Position numbers and translations under genes: made by a program. A stretch of 57,854 nucleotides of DNA, filler included, from Malacoraja senta (taxonomy: Eukaryota), in NCBI GenBank assembly GCA_038087875.1. It is 3 parts of 3 records of this genome, joined end to end, with 100 filler letters (N's around TTAATTAATTAA, not from the genome) between each part and the next. Parts side by side here need not be neighbours in the genome. Positions count along the whole stretch, not along the records: positions 1 to 20,834 come from JAXLNO010005225.1; 2 more parts are not named here. One strand, given 5' to 3'. Of this stretch, positions 1 through 12,730 are shown piece by piece. The notes under the pieces were generated by a model. It was given only the letters and a program-made list of their open reading frames with translations. It searched no databases and was not told the origin of the DNA. Position 1 is the first letter of the stretch; the number at the start of each line of letters is the position of its first letter.

Positions 1-236
1 TTACGCAGAGAGTGGTGAATCTCTGGAATTCTCTGCCACAGAAGGTAGTTGAGGCCAGTTCATTGGCTATATTTAAGAGGGAGTTAGATGTGGCCCTTGT
101 TGCTAAAGGGATCAGGGGGTATGGAGAGAAAGCAGGTACAGGATACTGAGTTGGATGAACAGCCATGATCATATTGAATGGTGGTGCAGGCTCGAAGGGC
201 CGAATGGCCTACTCCTGCACCTATTTTCTATGTTTT
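1..236 (+). mobile_element. CR1-type LINE 3' end
   Basis: Same 3' sequence (gagagtggtgaatctctgg...gggccgaatggcctactcctgcacc + ctatgttt-type tail) recurs at 12479-12730 (minus) and 39620-40425, where it follows a CR1 RT C-terminus ([10 protein letters not shown]). Confidence 0.8.
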
Positions 237-424
237 CTCCAGCACTTTTGTCTACCTTTGATTTTCCAGCATCTGCAGTTCCTTCTTAAACACTCAGTTT
301 AGTCAGTTCATTTTATTGTCACGTGTACCGAGGTACAATGAAAAGCTTTTGTTGCGTGCTAACCATCTGCACTTCAGTGGACTGAACCTGGAAGCTTCCT
401 TGATTTTCGTTTTTCAGCTTCTTC

Positions 425-730
425 TTCTGTCGTATGTCTTTTAGACCTGCAGCTCCGTTGAGGCGAGCCAGGCCAACGTGTCATCGTCCAGGTCAATCAG
501 ACCTCGTTCACCATTCGGTGGCCGGTGTTTGGGGCAACTGGTGACTATGTGTTCCACTGTCTGTGTTGGGTCCCCACACTCGCACGAGGCGCTGTCCATG
601 AGGCCCCACAGCTTCATCGCTACTCCATAGTTTCCGATGCCTGTCCTCAAGCGGTTGAGGGTTGTCCACTGCTTTCGGGGCTGGCCCTGGCCAGGGACGT
701 TTTACTGCAGTTGAATGATAATCAGTGCTA
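425..730 (-). mobile_element. Vingi/Ingi-like LINE 3' fragment
   Basis: ORF 441-650 reads (LN)RMRTGIG..WG...CECGDPTQTVEHIVTSCP, the C-terminal zinc-knuckle region typical of Ingi/Vingi-type LINEs; gaagaag tail; second copy at 39788-40120. Confidence 0.65.
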
Positions 731-907
731 TTGACCGGGAATAGGTGCAGAAGAGATTCACCAGGATGTTACCTGGGTTTGGGGACTTGAGTTACAGGGA
801 GAGGTTGGATAGGCTTGGCACTTTTTTATTTGAAGCGGAGGAGGCTGAGGGGTGACCTTATTGTACATGATCATGAGGGGCATGGATAAAGTGAACGCAC
901 AGTCTTT

Positions 908-1489
908 AGGCTCTGTCTTACGTGTTTGCGGTCATCGGCGGTGAAGCGCGGCTTCGCCTGTAGAGTGGACCGCACGGCAACGGTGAGAGCGCCGAGCCTA
1001 TCCACGGGAGCGCCGCACGGAAGCTGCGCGGGGGCCGAGTTATTCAAATACGGCTGGTCCCACGTGCATGCGGTAAGTAAAAAAAAGGGCGGGCCGACAG
1101 CGATGACGTCGGCCCGCCGCACGTGACTCACTAGCGGCAGCTGTGGCGGCGGCCGTCCTGATTGCGGCGCTGTAGCCGTGGCTGTGCCTGCGGCCGTGCC
1201 GCACACGTGCCTCACTGGCGGAGGCTGTGGCAGTGCAAGTTTGACGCACGGCGCTCGAGCCACACTGGCGGCGGCCCGTGCGGGCGGCCATGCCGCACTC
1301 GTGCATCACTGGTGGAGGTTGTGCGGTAGGAAAATATTTTTCAACAGTGTAGGTTTTAATTTAGCACCGTGCGGTGTTGGGAACACCGCCGCACGGCCCC
1401 GGAATTGTACGTTCTCATGAGTGCGCGGTCTATGGCGGCAGATTCTTCCCGTTTCGCCGCCAATGACCGCAGACTCGTGAGACAGGCCT
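908..1489. mobile_element. GC-rich non-autonomous TIR element (PIF/Harbinger-like MITE) inserted in a CR1 fragment
   Basis: About 35-bp imperfect TIRs (aggctctgtcttacgtgtttgcggtcatcggcgg / revcomp aggcctgtctcacgagtctgcggtcattggcgg); ttt on both sides; CR1 sequence continues across it; about 4 internal gcac(a)cgtgnntcactggcgg motifs. Confidence 0.6.
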
Positions 1490-1531
1490 TTTTTTCTTAA
1501 GGTAGAGGATTCTAGAGATTTTCCAGTGAGT

Positions 1532-1830
1532 GGCACGGTGGTGCAGCGGTAGAGTTGCCGCCTCACAGCGCCAGTGACCCAGGTTCAATCCTGAGCGCAG
1601 GTGCTGCTTGTATGGGGTTTATACATCCTCCCCGTGACCGCGTGGGTTTTTTACGGGATCTTCAATTTTCTCCCACACCCAAAGATGTACAGGTTTGTAG
1701 GTTAATTGGCTTGGTATAAATGTAAATTGTCCCTAGTGTGTGTAGGATAGTGTTACTGTGCAGGAATCGCTGGTCGTCGCGGACTCTGCGGGCCGAAGGG
1801 CCTGTATCTCTAAAACTAAAAAACTAAAAC
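1532..1830 (+). mobile_element. tRNA-derived V-SINE (HE1-like); representative of many copies
   Basis: A box (tggtgcagcgg), B box (ggttcaatcc) and V-SINE-type core (gtgggtttt...ttttctcccacacccaaag). Other copies near 2857-3030, 5990-6260, 10231-10505, 20190-20390, 21780-22070, 23800-24075, 28630-28950, 29030-29310, 30212-30500. Confidence 0.75.
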
Positions 1831-1884
1831 GAAATAGTTTTAAAAAGGAATCAAAGGTCATTCCTAGGTCAAAGGAATCAAAGG

Positions 1885-2715
1885 TCATGCGCCGTCCTGT
1901 GTGGTATGGCTGCCCAGCCTGCAGCTGTCCGTTTTCATCTTTAAAAAAAAAATTTAGTTAGTTAGTTGTTTTGGTTTTAGGAGTTCTATTCTTTTTTATG
2001 TGGGGGGTGGGGGGAACTACTTTCTAGGGTCCATACCTGGTCGGAGAGGCAGCTTTTCTCCGGGCTGCACTTTCGACCTGTCCTCGCGGCCTACCAGCAG
2101 GCCTGGAGCAGCGTTTCCTGAGGGGACCGCTCAGGACCTCGGCTTCGGCAGCGGCACAGCGCTGGAGCGCTATCGCGGAGCGGGCGATGCCTTGCCCGGG
2201 TCGCCGCGCTGGAACTCCGGTGAGCTGGGACCGCCGGTGAACATAGCGGAGCTGCAGGTCTGTGGAGCAGTCAGCTGCGGGCGGCGGCTGAACTTTACAT
2301 CGGGAGCCTGGGATCTCGCGACGAGATCGCCAGTGGTGGAGCTCCATCGAGCGTGGCCTGTCGGCTTCGGAAGCAGCGGACTCCGGTAGGGAGACGGCCG
2401 TTCCAGGTGTCCCAAGCTGCTGAGAGGGTTCTCCCGATGCCGGAGCACCATCAGCCGGCGAAGAAGGGCCTGTAACATCGGCCCCCGTAGCGGTGACTGT
2501 GGAGGCCTATATAGGCCAGACTATGGGTGGACAAGGGGATTATGGGCTGGACTTTGTGCCTTCCCCCACAGTGGGATCCATTGTGGGGGGATGTTTTTAT
2601 GTTTTATGTTAAATTTCTTTAATATTTGGTCTATTTGTGCTGCATGGCAAGAACAAATTTCACTACACCATTTGGTGTATGTGACAATAAATGTCCTTTG
2701 TCCTTTGTCCTTGTC
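1885..2715 (+). repeat. GC-rich interspersed repeat family with LINE-like 3' tail (copy 1 of 4)
   Basis: Shares the motif gtgccttccnncacagtg, a TG-rich segment and a gtgacaataaa-type end plus short tandem tail ((tgtcctt)n here) with 15260-15960, 18360-18740 and 37740-38600. Confidence 0.55.
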
Positions 2716-3030
2716 CTAATCACATTTTCCTGTACAACAAATGTGAAACCTATTCATTTATTAATTTAGTCAAATTCAATTAGAAATATAAAATTATGAG
2801 AAGCATTGCAGGCTACACAGTCAGAAACTTTTTCCCAGGGTGGAAATGGCAAGCCACACAATGACAAAGCGGTAGAGTTGTTACTGCCTCACAGCGCCAG
2901 AGATCCGGGTTCAATCCTGACTGCGGGTGCTGTCTGTACAGAGTTTTTATGTTCTCCCTGTGACTACATGGGTTTTCTCCGGGTGCTCCGGTTTCCTCCC
3001 ACACTCCAAAGGCGTGCACGTTTGTAGATT

Positions 3031-3178
3031 AAGCGTAGCTAATGTAACCCCCCTTTTTAAGCGTAGCTAATGTAACCCCCCTTTTCAAAGGGTAGCTAAT
3101 GTAACCGCCCTTTTTAAAGGGTAGCTAATGTAACCGCCCTTTTTAAAGGGTAGCTAATGTAACCGCCCTTTTTAAAAA
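3031..3178 (+). repeat. 5 x ~29-bp tandem repeat derived from CR1 coding sequence (RVANVTPLFK)
   Basis: aag(c/g)gtagctaatgtaacc(c/g)cccttttt repeated 5 times; the last unit runs directly into CR1 RT ([14 protein letters not shown]). Confidence 0.85.
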
Positions 3179-3671
3179 GGGAGTGAGAGAGAAAACGGGG
3201 AATTACAGACCAGTTAGTCTAACATCAGTAGTGGGGAAACTGCTGGAGTCAGTTATTAAAGATGGGATAGCAGCACATTTGGAAAGTGGTGAAATCATTG
3301 GACAAAGTCAGCATGGATTTACGAAAGGTAAATCATTTCTGCCGAATCTTATAGAATTTTTCGAGGATGTAACTAGTAGAGTGGATAGGGGAGAACCAGT
3401 GGATGTGTTATATCTGGACTTTCAGAAGGCTTTCGACAAGGTCCCACATAAGAGATTAGGATACAAACTTAAAGCACACGGTATTGGGGGTTCAGTATTG
3501 ATGTTGGTAAAGAACTGGCTGACAAACAGGAAGCAAAGAGTAGGAGTAAACGGGTCCTTTTCAGAATGGCAGGCAGTGACTAGTGGGGTACCGCAAGGCT
3601 CAGTGCTGGGACCCCAGCTATTTACAATTTATATTAATGAGCTGGATGAGGGAATTGAAGGCAACATGTCC
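3031..3671 (+). mobile_element. CR1 LINE reverse-transcriptase fragment, inverted relative to the adjacent 5' part
   Basis: ORF 3183-3758: [16 protein letters not shown]...QHGF...[13 protein letters not shown]...[18 protein letters not shown]. Confidence 0.9.
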
Positions 3672-5964
3672 TTGTTCCCCATGATCAATTCACCTGTTTC
3701 TGACTGCAAGGGACCTGCATTTGTTTTAACTAATCTTTTTCTTTTCACATATCTATAAAAGCTTTTGCAGTCAGTTTTTATGTTCCCTGCCAGTTTTCTT
3801 TCATAATCTATTTTCCCTTTCCTAATTAAGCTCTTTGTCCTCCTCTGCTGGACTCTGAATTTCTCCCAGTCCTCTGGTAGGTTGCTTTTTCTGGCTAATT
3901 TGTACGCTTCATCTTTTGTTTTGATACTACCCCTGATTTCCCTTGTTATCCATGGATGCACTACCTTCCCTGATTTATTTGTTTGCCAAACTGGGATGAA
4001 CAATTGTTGTAGTTCATCCATGCAGTCTTTAAATGCCTTCCATTGCATATCTACCGTCAACCCATTAAGAATCTGCCAGTCTATCTTGGCCAATTCACTT
4101 CTCATACCCTCAAAGTTACCTTTCTTTAAGTTCAGGACCCTTGTTTCTGAATTAACAATGTCACTCTCCATCCTAATGAAGAACTCAACCATATTATGGT
4201 CACTCTTGCCCAAGGGGCCACGCACAACAAGACTGCTAACTAACCCTTCCTCATTACTCAATACCCAATCTAGAATAGCCTGCTGTCTCATTGGTTCCTC
4301 TACATGTTGGTTTAGAAAACTATCCCGCATACATTCCAAGAAATCCTCAGCACCCTTGCCAATTTGATTCACCCAATCTATATGTAGATTGAAGTCACCC
4401 ATTATAACTGTTTTACCTTTGTTGCACGCATTTCTAATTTCCTGTTTGATGCCATCCCCAACTCCACTACTACTGTTAGGTGGCCTGTACACAACTCCCA
4501 CTAGCGTTTTCTGCCCCTTAGTGTTTCGCAGCTCTACCCATATCGATTCCACATCCTCCAAGCTAATGTCCTTCCTTTCTATTGAGTTAATCTGCTCTCT
4601 AACCAGCAACGCTACCCCACCTCCTTTCCCTTTCTGTCTATCCCTCCTGAATATTGAATATCCCTGGATGTTCAGCTCCCAGCCTTGGTTACCCTGGAGC
4701 CATGTCTCCGTGATCCCAATTATATCATAGTCATTAATAGCTATCAGCACATTCAACTCATCCACCTTATTACGAATGCTCCTTGCATTGAGACACAAAG
4801 CCTTCAGGCTTGTTTTTACAACACTCTTACCCCTTATACAATTATGTTGAAAAGTGGCCCTTTTTGATTTGTCTGACTGCCACTTTTACTTTTCACCTTG
4901 CTACCTATTGCTTCTGCCCTCATTTTACACCCCTCTGTCTCTACGCTCACACATTTAAGAAACCCTTTCCCTTTAACTCGATCCTCAACTATCCCATTCG
5001 ACACCCCACCCCCTTATTCAGTTTAAAACCACCCGTGTAGCAGTGGCAAACCTGCTTGCCAGAATGCTGGTCCCCCACCTGTTAAGATGCAATCCGTCCC
5101 TTTTGTACAGTTCCCTTTTACTCCAAAACAGATCCCAGTGATCTAAGAATCTAAATCCCTGCCCCGTGCACCAGTTCCTCAGCCACACATTCAGGTCCCG
5201 TATCTCCCTGTTCCTGCTCTCGCCAGCACGAGGAACTGGAAGCAAACCGGAGATAACAACCCTGGAGGTCCTGCTTTTCAGCATTTTTCCGAGCTCTCTA
5301 AAGTCACGCTGCAGAATATTCATCCCCTTCTTTCCGACATCGTTTGTGCCGACATGCACTACCACTTCCGGCTGTTCACCTTCGCCCTTGAGGATTTTCT
5401 GCACTCTGTCGGTGACATCCTGGATCCTGGCACCAGGAAGGCAGCACTCCATCCTTGAATCCTGTCTGTTGCCGCAGAAACCCCTGTCCGTACCTCTCAC
5501 AATGGAGTCTCTCACTACAATGGCGTTGCCTGACTTTGGCCTTTTTGGTTTTGGCTCAACAGCCCCATTCGCATCGCAAGCCAGTCTGCCGCTCAGTGTT
5601 AAAACGTCTTCTGTCCCGACAGCTTCTAAGTGGGTGAACCTGTTCACAAGAGGTACAACACCCAGGGACGTTTGCATTCCATGCTTCCCTCCCTTTCTCA
5701 CTGTCTCCCACCTTCTCTCTTCCAGTACCTTAAGTGTAACAATCTTACTGTAGGACTTGTAGAGGAACGACTCCGTTTCTCGGACAGACCTGAGGTCATC
5801 CACTTGCTTCTCCAGTTCCCCAACACGGTCCTTCAGGAGCTGTACCTGGATGCACTTGTCACATTTGTAGCAGCCAGAGGCACCAGCAGTGTCCTTGACC
5901 TCCCACATACTGCAAGCATCACACTGAATCAGCTTGCCTGACATCTCCTTCTTTCGTCTCTCCC
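3665..5964 (-). mobile_element. CR1 LINE 5' part: ORF1 with SGNH/GDSL-type esterase and ORF2 APE endonuclease
   Basis: ORF 5018-5944 has an N-terminal CxxC..CxxC, VVRDSIVR, HVGTND and DGLHLN motifs; ORF 3629-4798 has CLNARS, GITETWL, YRPPNS, GDFN and SDHN endonuclease motifs. Confidence 0.9.
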
Positions 5965-6298
5965 TTGGATAGCATGGAACTGTACCTGGAAAGTTGCTGC
6001 CTTACAGTACCACAGACCAAAGTTCAATCCTGACAATGGGTGCTGTCTATATAGAGTTCATATATTCTCTCTGTGACCATGTGAGTTATCTCCGGGTGCT
6101 ACAGTTCCGTCACATTCAAAGAAGTGCAGGTTTGTAAGTTTTTTGGCTTCTGTAAATTGTCCCTAGTGTGTAGGGTAGAACTAATGTTTGGGTGGTCGTT
6201 AGTCAGCACGGGTTCAGTGGGCCAAAAGGCCTCTTTCCATGCTGTACCTCGAAACTAAACGTGACAATAATAATCCGAAACTTATCCCTGTGCCTATC

Positions 6299-6463
6299 TG
6301 TAGATTAGTGTCACTCATACTGTGGCTCCGCCCACAGGCTTATTAGACAGCTCTCTCTCTCTCTGGTAGACTGGTAGTAAGCATGCGTGTTTCCTCTGCA
6401 GAGTTACTAATAAAAGACTATGGATTCTAACCACTATGTGTGAGTTTGATCATTCTTCCAACA
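6299..6463 (+). mobile_element. Solo LTR related to the Gypsy LTR at 54615-54796
   Basis: tgtagattag...ccaaca (TG..CA); shared block catactgtggctccgcccacagg; 5-bp TSD ctatc (6294-6298 and 8718-8722, after the inserted hAT). Confidence 0.85.
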
Positions 6464-8712
6464 GGGCTCGAAATTAGCAGTTGCCCGGTGCCAATGGCAA
6501 CCTAAAAGCCATGCCATTTTGCCCGGCTTGGCAAGCAACCGGGACACCTGCCCGCCCGCCATCCGTGTCTGGGTCTCGGGTTCCGCTCAGCAAGGCCGGC
6601 CGCCGAGCCCTGCACATGCGCACTGCCACAGCAACTGGTCGGCGTCGGCCACTTTCTCCCTCCCTTTGCATTGTGGGAGTTCTGGCCGCCATTGCTGTCC
6701 GGTCGCTGCCTCAGCTGGAGTAACTCTTGCTTCTTGGTTTCCAGGTCCTCCAAAAATATTCGAAATGGAATTTAAACTGGTGGAACCACCACCACCAAAC
6801 TCCAAACTGAAAAATAACAGCCTATTGCATTTTATCCGTTTATTTATTGTGTATATATATGGTCTATAGTATAGAGACACACTGAACTTTTATCTCCTGT
6901 TCTGTATTATGTTTACATATTCTGTTGTGCTGCAGCAAGCAAGAATTTCATTGCCCTATCTGGGACACACAACAATAAAACTCTCTTGACTCTTGACTTG
7001 GACTTAAGCAAAAAAGGGTTCTTGGGGGAAAAAAAACTACCTTAAATTTAGTTGCATCTGGTTGGGTACCTATAGTAGGGTGACAACTATTCCATGCTTT
7101 AATTGTGCGGGGGAACTCCATGGAGCAGCCAGCATCTCTGGATAGAAAAAATTGGGTGACATTTCTGGTAGAAACCCTTCTTTACATTTCCTCTGGTTTT
7201 AGTGTTTTTAGTTTAATTTAAAGATACAGTGTGGAAGCAGGCCCTTCGGCCCACTGAGTCCACGCCGACCACCGATCACCCGTACTCTAGTTCTATCCCA
7301 CACATCAGCAACGTAAGTCAAGATTGTTTTATTCTCTCACGTCCCAGTTAGAACAATGAAATCCTTACTTGCAGCAGCACAACAGAATATGTAAACATAG
7401 TACTCTGTAAACAATGTTATAAACGAGAAAACAAAACTCCACACAGACAGCACCCATATTCAGGATCAATTCTGGGTCTCTGGCAATATTAGGCAGCCAA
7501 TTTATGGGCAATGTACTGCCCCAATAGCCTTGAAGTGAATTAAAGCATACAGTAGCTGTAAAGGGGGACATAGCGTCACTTAGAGATTTAAGACTGAAAA
7601 TGGATAGTTTCTTTTTTTTAGTAACCAAAGTTATCAACGTATAATTTTTTGTGTGTTGGAAAATAAAATATAATGGCACAGCTGGTAGACTTGCTGCCTC
7701 ACATGCCAGAGACCTGTGTTCAATCCTGTTCTCGGGCACTGTCTGTGTTGAATTTGCACATTCTCCCTGCAATCATGTGGGTTCCCTCCCACATCCCAAA
7801 GACGCATTGGCTTTGTAGGTTAACTTTTCTCTGTAAAATTGCCCCTAATGTGCAGGAGTGGGTGAGGAAAGTGGGATAACAGAACTTGTGTGAATGGGTA
7901 GACACAAATGCTGGAGAAACTCAGCAGGTGAGGCAGCATCTATGGAGCAAAGGAAAAAGGCGACGTTTCGGGTTGAGACCCTTCTTCAGACTGATGTCGG
8001 GAGGAGTGGGGGGCGAAAAAGAAAGGAAGAGGCGGAGACAGTAGGCTGTGGGAGAGCTGAGAATGGGAGGTGGGGGGAGGGAGAAAGCAAGGACTATCTG
8101 AAATTGGAGAAGCCAATGTTCATACCGCTGGGGTATAAACTACCCAAGCAAAATATGAGGTGCTGTTCCTCCAATTTGCGGTGGGCCTCACTCTGGCCAT
8201 GGAGGAGGCACAGGACAGAAAGGTCGGATTCGGAATGGGAGGGGGAGTTGAAGTGCTGAGCCACCAGGAGATCAAGTTGGTTATTGCGAACTGAGTGGAG
8301 GTGTTGTGCGAAGCGATCGCCATGCCTGCGCTTGGTCTCACCGAGGTTGATCATACGCTGAATAACCATATTTTTGTTTGGAAGTGGAAAGAGATAATAT
8401 AAATTGCATTCATTGCAACGTGTAAACAGAGATGAGATACTGTATTGTAATTTTGATGCATGTCATTGTGGTATATATCATGTCTTCATTGGTGAATATG
8501 TTTAGTTTGTGACTTTATTTGAAGCAGAAATAATATGTGAATGTTTCATTGACCATAATTCTGACTGGTAACTACGCACTTCATCCGAGCACATTATCGC
8601 ACGCGTCATGCAAGCCATCTTAAATGACCACCTAAACTGTCATTTGGCAACCTAAAAAGCTGCCGAGGTTGCCCGGCTGGCAACAGGGAAAAAAAGTTAA
8701 GCGAGAGCCCTG
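6462..8712. mobile_element. Composite non-autonomous TIR element, copy 1
   Basis: Termini cagggctc...gagccctg; absent from the duplicate segment (empty site around 23550-23565); internal SINE, Rex tail and Penelope pieces. Confidence 0.85.
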
Positions 8713-11066
8713 CAACACTATCTCTTGTGTTGTTCCGTCTCTGGAACTAAGTGGTAGCTGCGCTTAACTGTTGTAGCATAACTGTTTATGCTGAACAATT
8801 CATGAAAAAAGTCTAAAAAGGATTAAAAAACAAGTGATTCCAGCATGTTGAAAGATAATTGGGACTGATACGTAATCGGTGGCACTGCGACACAATTCCA
8901 GTGACGAGGGTTCGATCACATCTTGAAACAGAAAATCTTAAACTGAGGCAGGCGCCTCTACTTCATTAATCCAGTGCTGTTATGACACTGGGCCTTAACA
9001 TGAGAATATGAGAAATTGGGTATTTCCTTGGGGCAAAATCAGACTTTTCAGAGACTTGGAAGCTGCAAGATAGTCCTGAAATGTGGTGGATCTCTGCGTG
9101 CTTTTCCAGAAGAGGACGAATTGTACTTATGTACAGTATGACTTGACTGGAGAGAATGCAGAACAACCATTTCACTGCAGATAGACACAAAAAGCTGGAG
9201 TAACTCAGCGGGACAGGCAGCATCTCTGGAGAGAAGGGACGGGGTGTCCAGCATCTGCTGTTCCATCCGAACCATTTCACTGCATCTCTGCATGCATGAA
9301 ATTAAACAGAGTTATATAAAATGCAGACATACTGCAGTACTCAAGTAGGTCAGGCTGTCCTCATTTGGCAGGTGGATAACTTAACTGTAATTAAAAAAAA
9401 CACAAAAACGTGCAGGTGTAACTCAGTGGTTCAGGCAGCATCTGGAAGACATGGTTACGTAATGTTTCAGCTTGGGATCCTGCTTCATACTTCTTGCATC
9501 TTGTCTTTCTGTCTTCAACTTAACAGTTGAAATGACCAGTTCTTTTATCGACAGGGAATGCAACTCGTTGAATGTGGAATTGAGTTTGAAAGGCTGCAAC
9601 ATGTCCAGACAGAAGCTGAGTTGTTGGTCCTCAAGGATACTTTCACCCTTGTTATCCTAGTGTAAGAGGTACAGATGGATGGATCATGGTGGGTGTTGAA
9701 TGGAGAATTAGAGTGGCAGGAATTAGGAATCTTAGAAAGTCCCATGGATTGAATGCGGGTTCTCCAGAAAGCAGCCATTCTATTTGTTTCATTGATGCAA
9801 TGTGGAAGATTACGTCATGAAAACCAAATGCAGTAGATTTGACTGGAAGTGCTTGTGTTTCACGCTGTTTCACTTTGAAGAACTGCCTGGGTCTATGGAA
9901 AGTGGTAAATGGATGGATGTTGCTTGCACCAAGACAGGAAAGTAGAGGAAAGTTGTGGGGATAGTAGACAGACCAGGGAGCGAAAAAGGGAATGACTACT
10001 TCAAAATATAGAATGGGGATCAGGGCAGGAGGGGAGGGAGAAATGGATTGACTAATTGAATCAGATTTAAACTGGGAGGAAGTATTCAACATGGAGGCTG
10101 GAGGAGTGGAAAACATATCCCTGCCCTGTCCAATGAGAATATATAGAACATAGAACAGTACAAGAACAGGACTTTCAGCCTGCAATGTCCATGTGGAACA
10201 GGATACCAAGTTAAACTAAGGCAACACAGAGGCACAGTGATAGAGTGGCTGTCTTACAGCATTAGAGACCCGGGTTTGATCCTGACTAGAGTGCTGTCTG
10301 GACGGAGTTTGTACGTTCTCTCTGTCACCCTGTGGGTTTTCTCTGGGGGCTCCGGTTTCCTCCCAAATACAAAAGACATGCAGGTTAATTGGCTTCTGTA
10401 AATTGTCCCTAGCGTGTAGGACAGAAATAGTGAATGGGCAATTGCTGGTCAGTGTGGACTCAGTGGCCCAAGGTTCCTGTTTCTCTAAACTAAACCAAAA
10501 CTAATCTCCACTGCCTGCATGTGATCCATATTCTTGTATTCCCTGCATACCCACAAGCCTGTCCAAAACCTTCTTAAGCACCATTATCATGTCTTCCTCT
10601 ACCACCACTCCTGGTAGCGCATTCTAGGTATCAAGCTCTCTCTGTGCAAAAAAACACTTGACCTGCACATCTCGTGTAAATTTTGCCCTTCGAAGCTTAA
10701 CGCTGTGCTCTTTTGAGATGTGTGATAGACATGCAATCCCATTAGGGGCTGTCAACTGTGGTCAAGAAAATCCATGGTTAACTAATATGAAAGACATCAA
10801 TTGCATTTTCTCCCTGTCAAACAGGGATGTAATGCTGAGGTTCTATAAGGCACCAGTCAAGCCACATTTGGAGCATTGTGAGCAATTTTCGGCACCATAT
10901 CTGAGGAAGGATGTGCTGGCTCTGGAGAGGGTCCAGAGGAGTACAAGAATGATCCCAGGAATGAATGGGTTAACATATGATGACCATTTGATGTCAGTGG
11001 GCCTGTACTTGCTGGAGTTTAGAAGCATAAGGGGGGACCTCATTGAATCATACAAAATAGTGAAAG

Positions 11067-12433
11067 ACTGTTTGCTTTTGAAATTGGTTCGATTATGTTT
11101 GCTCCCACAAAATTGCATTAAAAAACCTATAGTGAAAATCATATAATATATAGTGGTATACGAATTTGGAAACAATTAAAAAAGACTTTAAAATTGGATA
11201 ATTTATCACTCTGTCTCCCCATTATAAACAACCCTTTATTCAAACCTTCCATGTTGGATAAAGGCTTTACACAATGGAAAAATTATGGAATTAAAAAGAT
11301 GGGTCATCTTTATAGGAAAGGCACTTTTCTTTCATTTCAGGAGTTACAACAGATTTACGGACTACACTCAAATAACTTTTTCAGATATTTACAACTTAGA
11401 GATTACATTAAATCAAATACACAAGATTACAGAACTAGGGAACCAGAAATCCTTGATGAATGTTTGAATAAACATCCTAATACAGAAAAATTAATATCTC
11501 ATATTTATAATACCCTCTTAGATAGTGAGGTCCTGCCAACGGATTTATATAGACACACATGGGAAAATGAATTAGGCCAACCCATAACGAAAGATATTTG
11601 GGACGAAAGTCTACAATATATACATCAATGCTCGTTAAATGCCAGACATGCCTTAATACAATTTAAAGTATTACATAGATTACATTATTCTTAAACAAAA
11701 TTAAATAGAATCTTCCCACATATCTCTCCTATTTGTGATAAATGCCAGCATTTAGAGGCTAACCTTTGTAAATTGTATAAAAATCAAAAATTTCTGGAAG
11801 GACATTTTCAGAATAATTTCTGAAGTAGTCAATACCCAATTGGATCCCGACTCAAAACTAATAATATTAGGAATATCAGAACAAAGCCTAAGACTTACAA
11901 TAAACCAAAGAAGCTTTCTTGATTATAGTATAATAATTGGGAAAAAATTAATATTAAAATTTTGGAAAGGTCCTATAAACCCCACAATTAAAATGTGGAT
12001 TATGGAAATGTCAGAGACCTTACATTTGGAAAGAACTAGACTTGTCTTAATTGACAAACATGAATTATTTAATGGAATATGGTCTCCATGTATTGATTTT
12101 TTGAAAGGGTAAATTGGTTCAGCATGGGAATCTGACTGAAATCCAAGCTCAGGATTAGATGAATAGTTATGCTTTATAACTTACGGACCTATCTCCAAAG
12201 TTGTATTATTGGTAAATTATTCCATTCTTCTTTATCATGCTTTTAAATTTCTCACTTTCTATCTATAAAACAAAACTAAATAGAAGCAGATTTAATATAC
12301 AATTGATAAAGGAGGACCACTATTATTTTGATAGCTGGACTCCCACCTATTAGCAAAGTAGGATTGACATATAAGAAATGTTTGTATTATGATATGCACA
12401 TGCTTCTAATAAAAATATTTAAAATAAATTTAA
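11067..12433 (+). mobile_element. 5'-truncated L1-clade LINE (ORF2 C-terminus, 3' UTR, A-rich tail)
   Basis: ORF 11194-11694 (IINNPLF..W...GI...NFFRYLQLR...QFKVLHRLHY) and downstream frames; 13-bp TSD aaaatagtgaaag at 11054-11066 and 12434-12446; empty site in the duplicate around 21225. Confidence 0.85.
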
Positions 12434-12478
12434 AAAATAGTGAAAGGCTCGGATAGATGTGGATGTGGAGAGGATACA

Positions 12479-12730
12479 TAGATACATAGAAATTAGGTGC
12501 AGGAGTAGGCCATTCGGCCCTTCGAGCCTGCACCGCCATTCAATACGATCATGGCTGATCATCCAACTCAGTATCCCGTACCTGCCTTCTCTCCATACCC
12601 CCTGATCCCTTTAGCCACAAGGGCCACATCTAATTCCCTCTTAAATATAGCCAATGAACTGGCCTCAACTACCCTCTGTGGCAGAGAGTTCCAGAGATTC
12701 ACCACTCTCTGTGTGAAAAAGTTTTTCCTC
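12479..12730 (-). mobile_element. CR1 3'-end fragment inserted antisense into an older CR1
   Basis: Reverse complement of the CR1 3' end with (ctatgtat)n tail; host CR1 resumes at about 12731 (ggatgtctccaatggtgggagagtc). Confidence 0.75.

Larger units (their letters stand above)
5965..12478 (-). repeat. Copy A of an inverted-duplicated intronic segment (with extra hAT and L1 insertions)
   Basis: Reverse complement aligns co-linearly with 21189-24100 through unique sequence and several repeat junctions; the ORF track shows mirrored near-identical ORFs (8966-9280 - vs 22996-23310 +). Confidence 0.9.

Noticed and set aside
1532-1610. tRNA genes suggested by A and B boxes
   Set aside because: These are heads of V-SINE copies continuing into the SINE core, without a complete cloverleaf.
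871-2478. Several 80-130 aa ORFs in GC-rich DNA (also 37770-38461, 47072-47609, 55975-57007)
   Set aside because: They overlap on both strands in GC-rich or simple repeats where stops are rare; low-complexity translations with no domain motifs.
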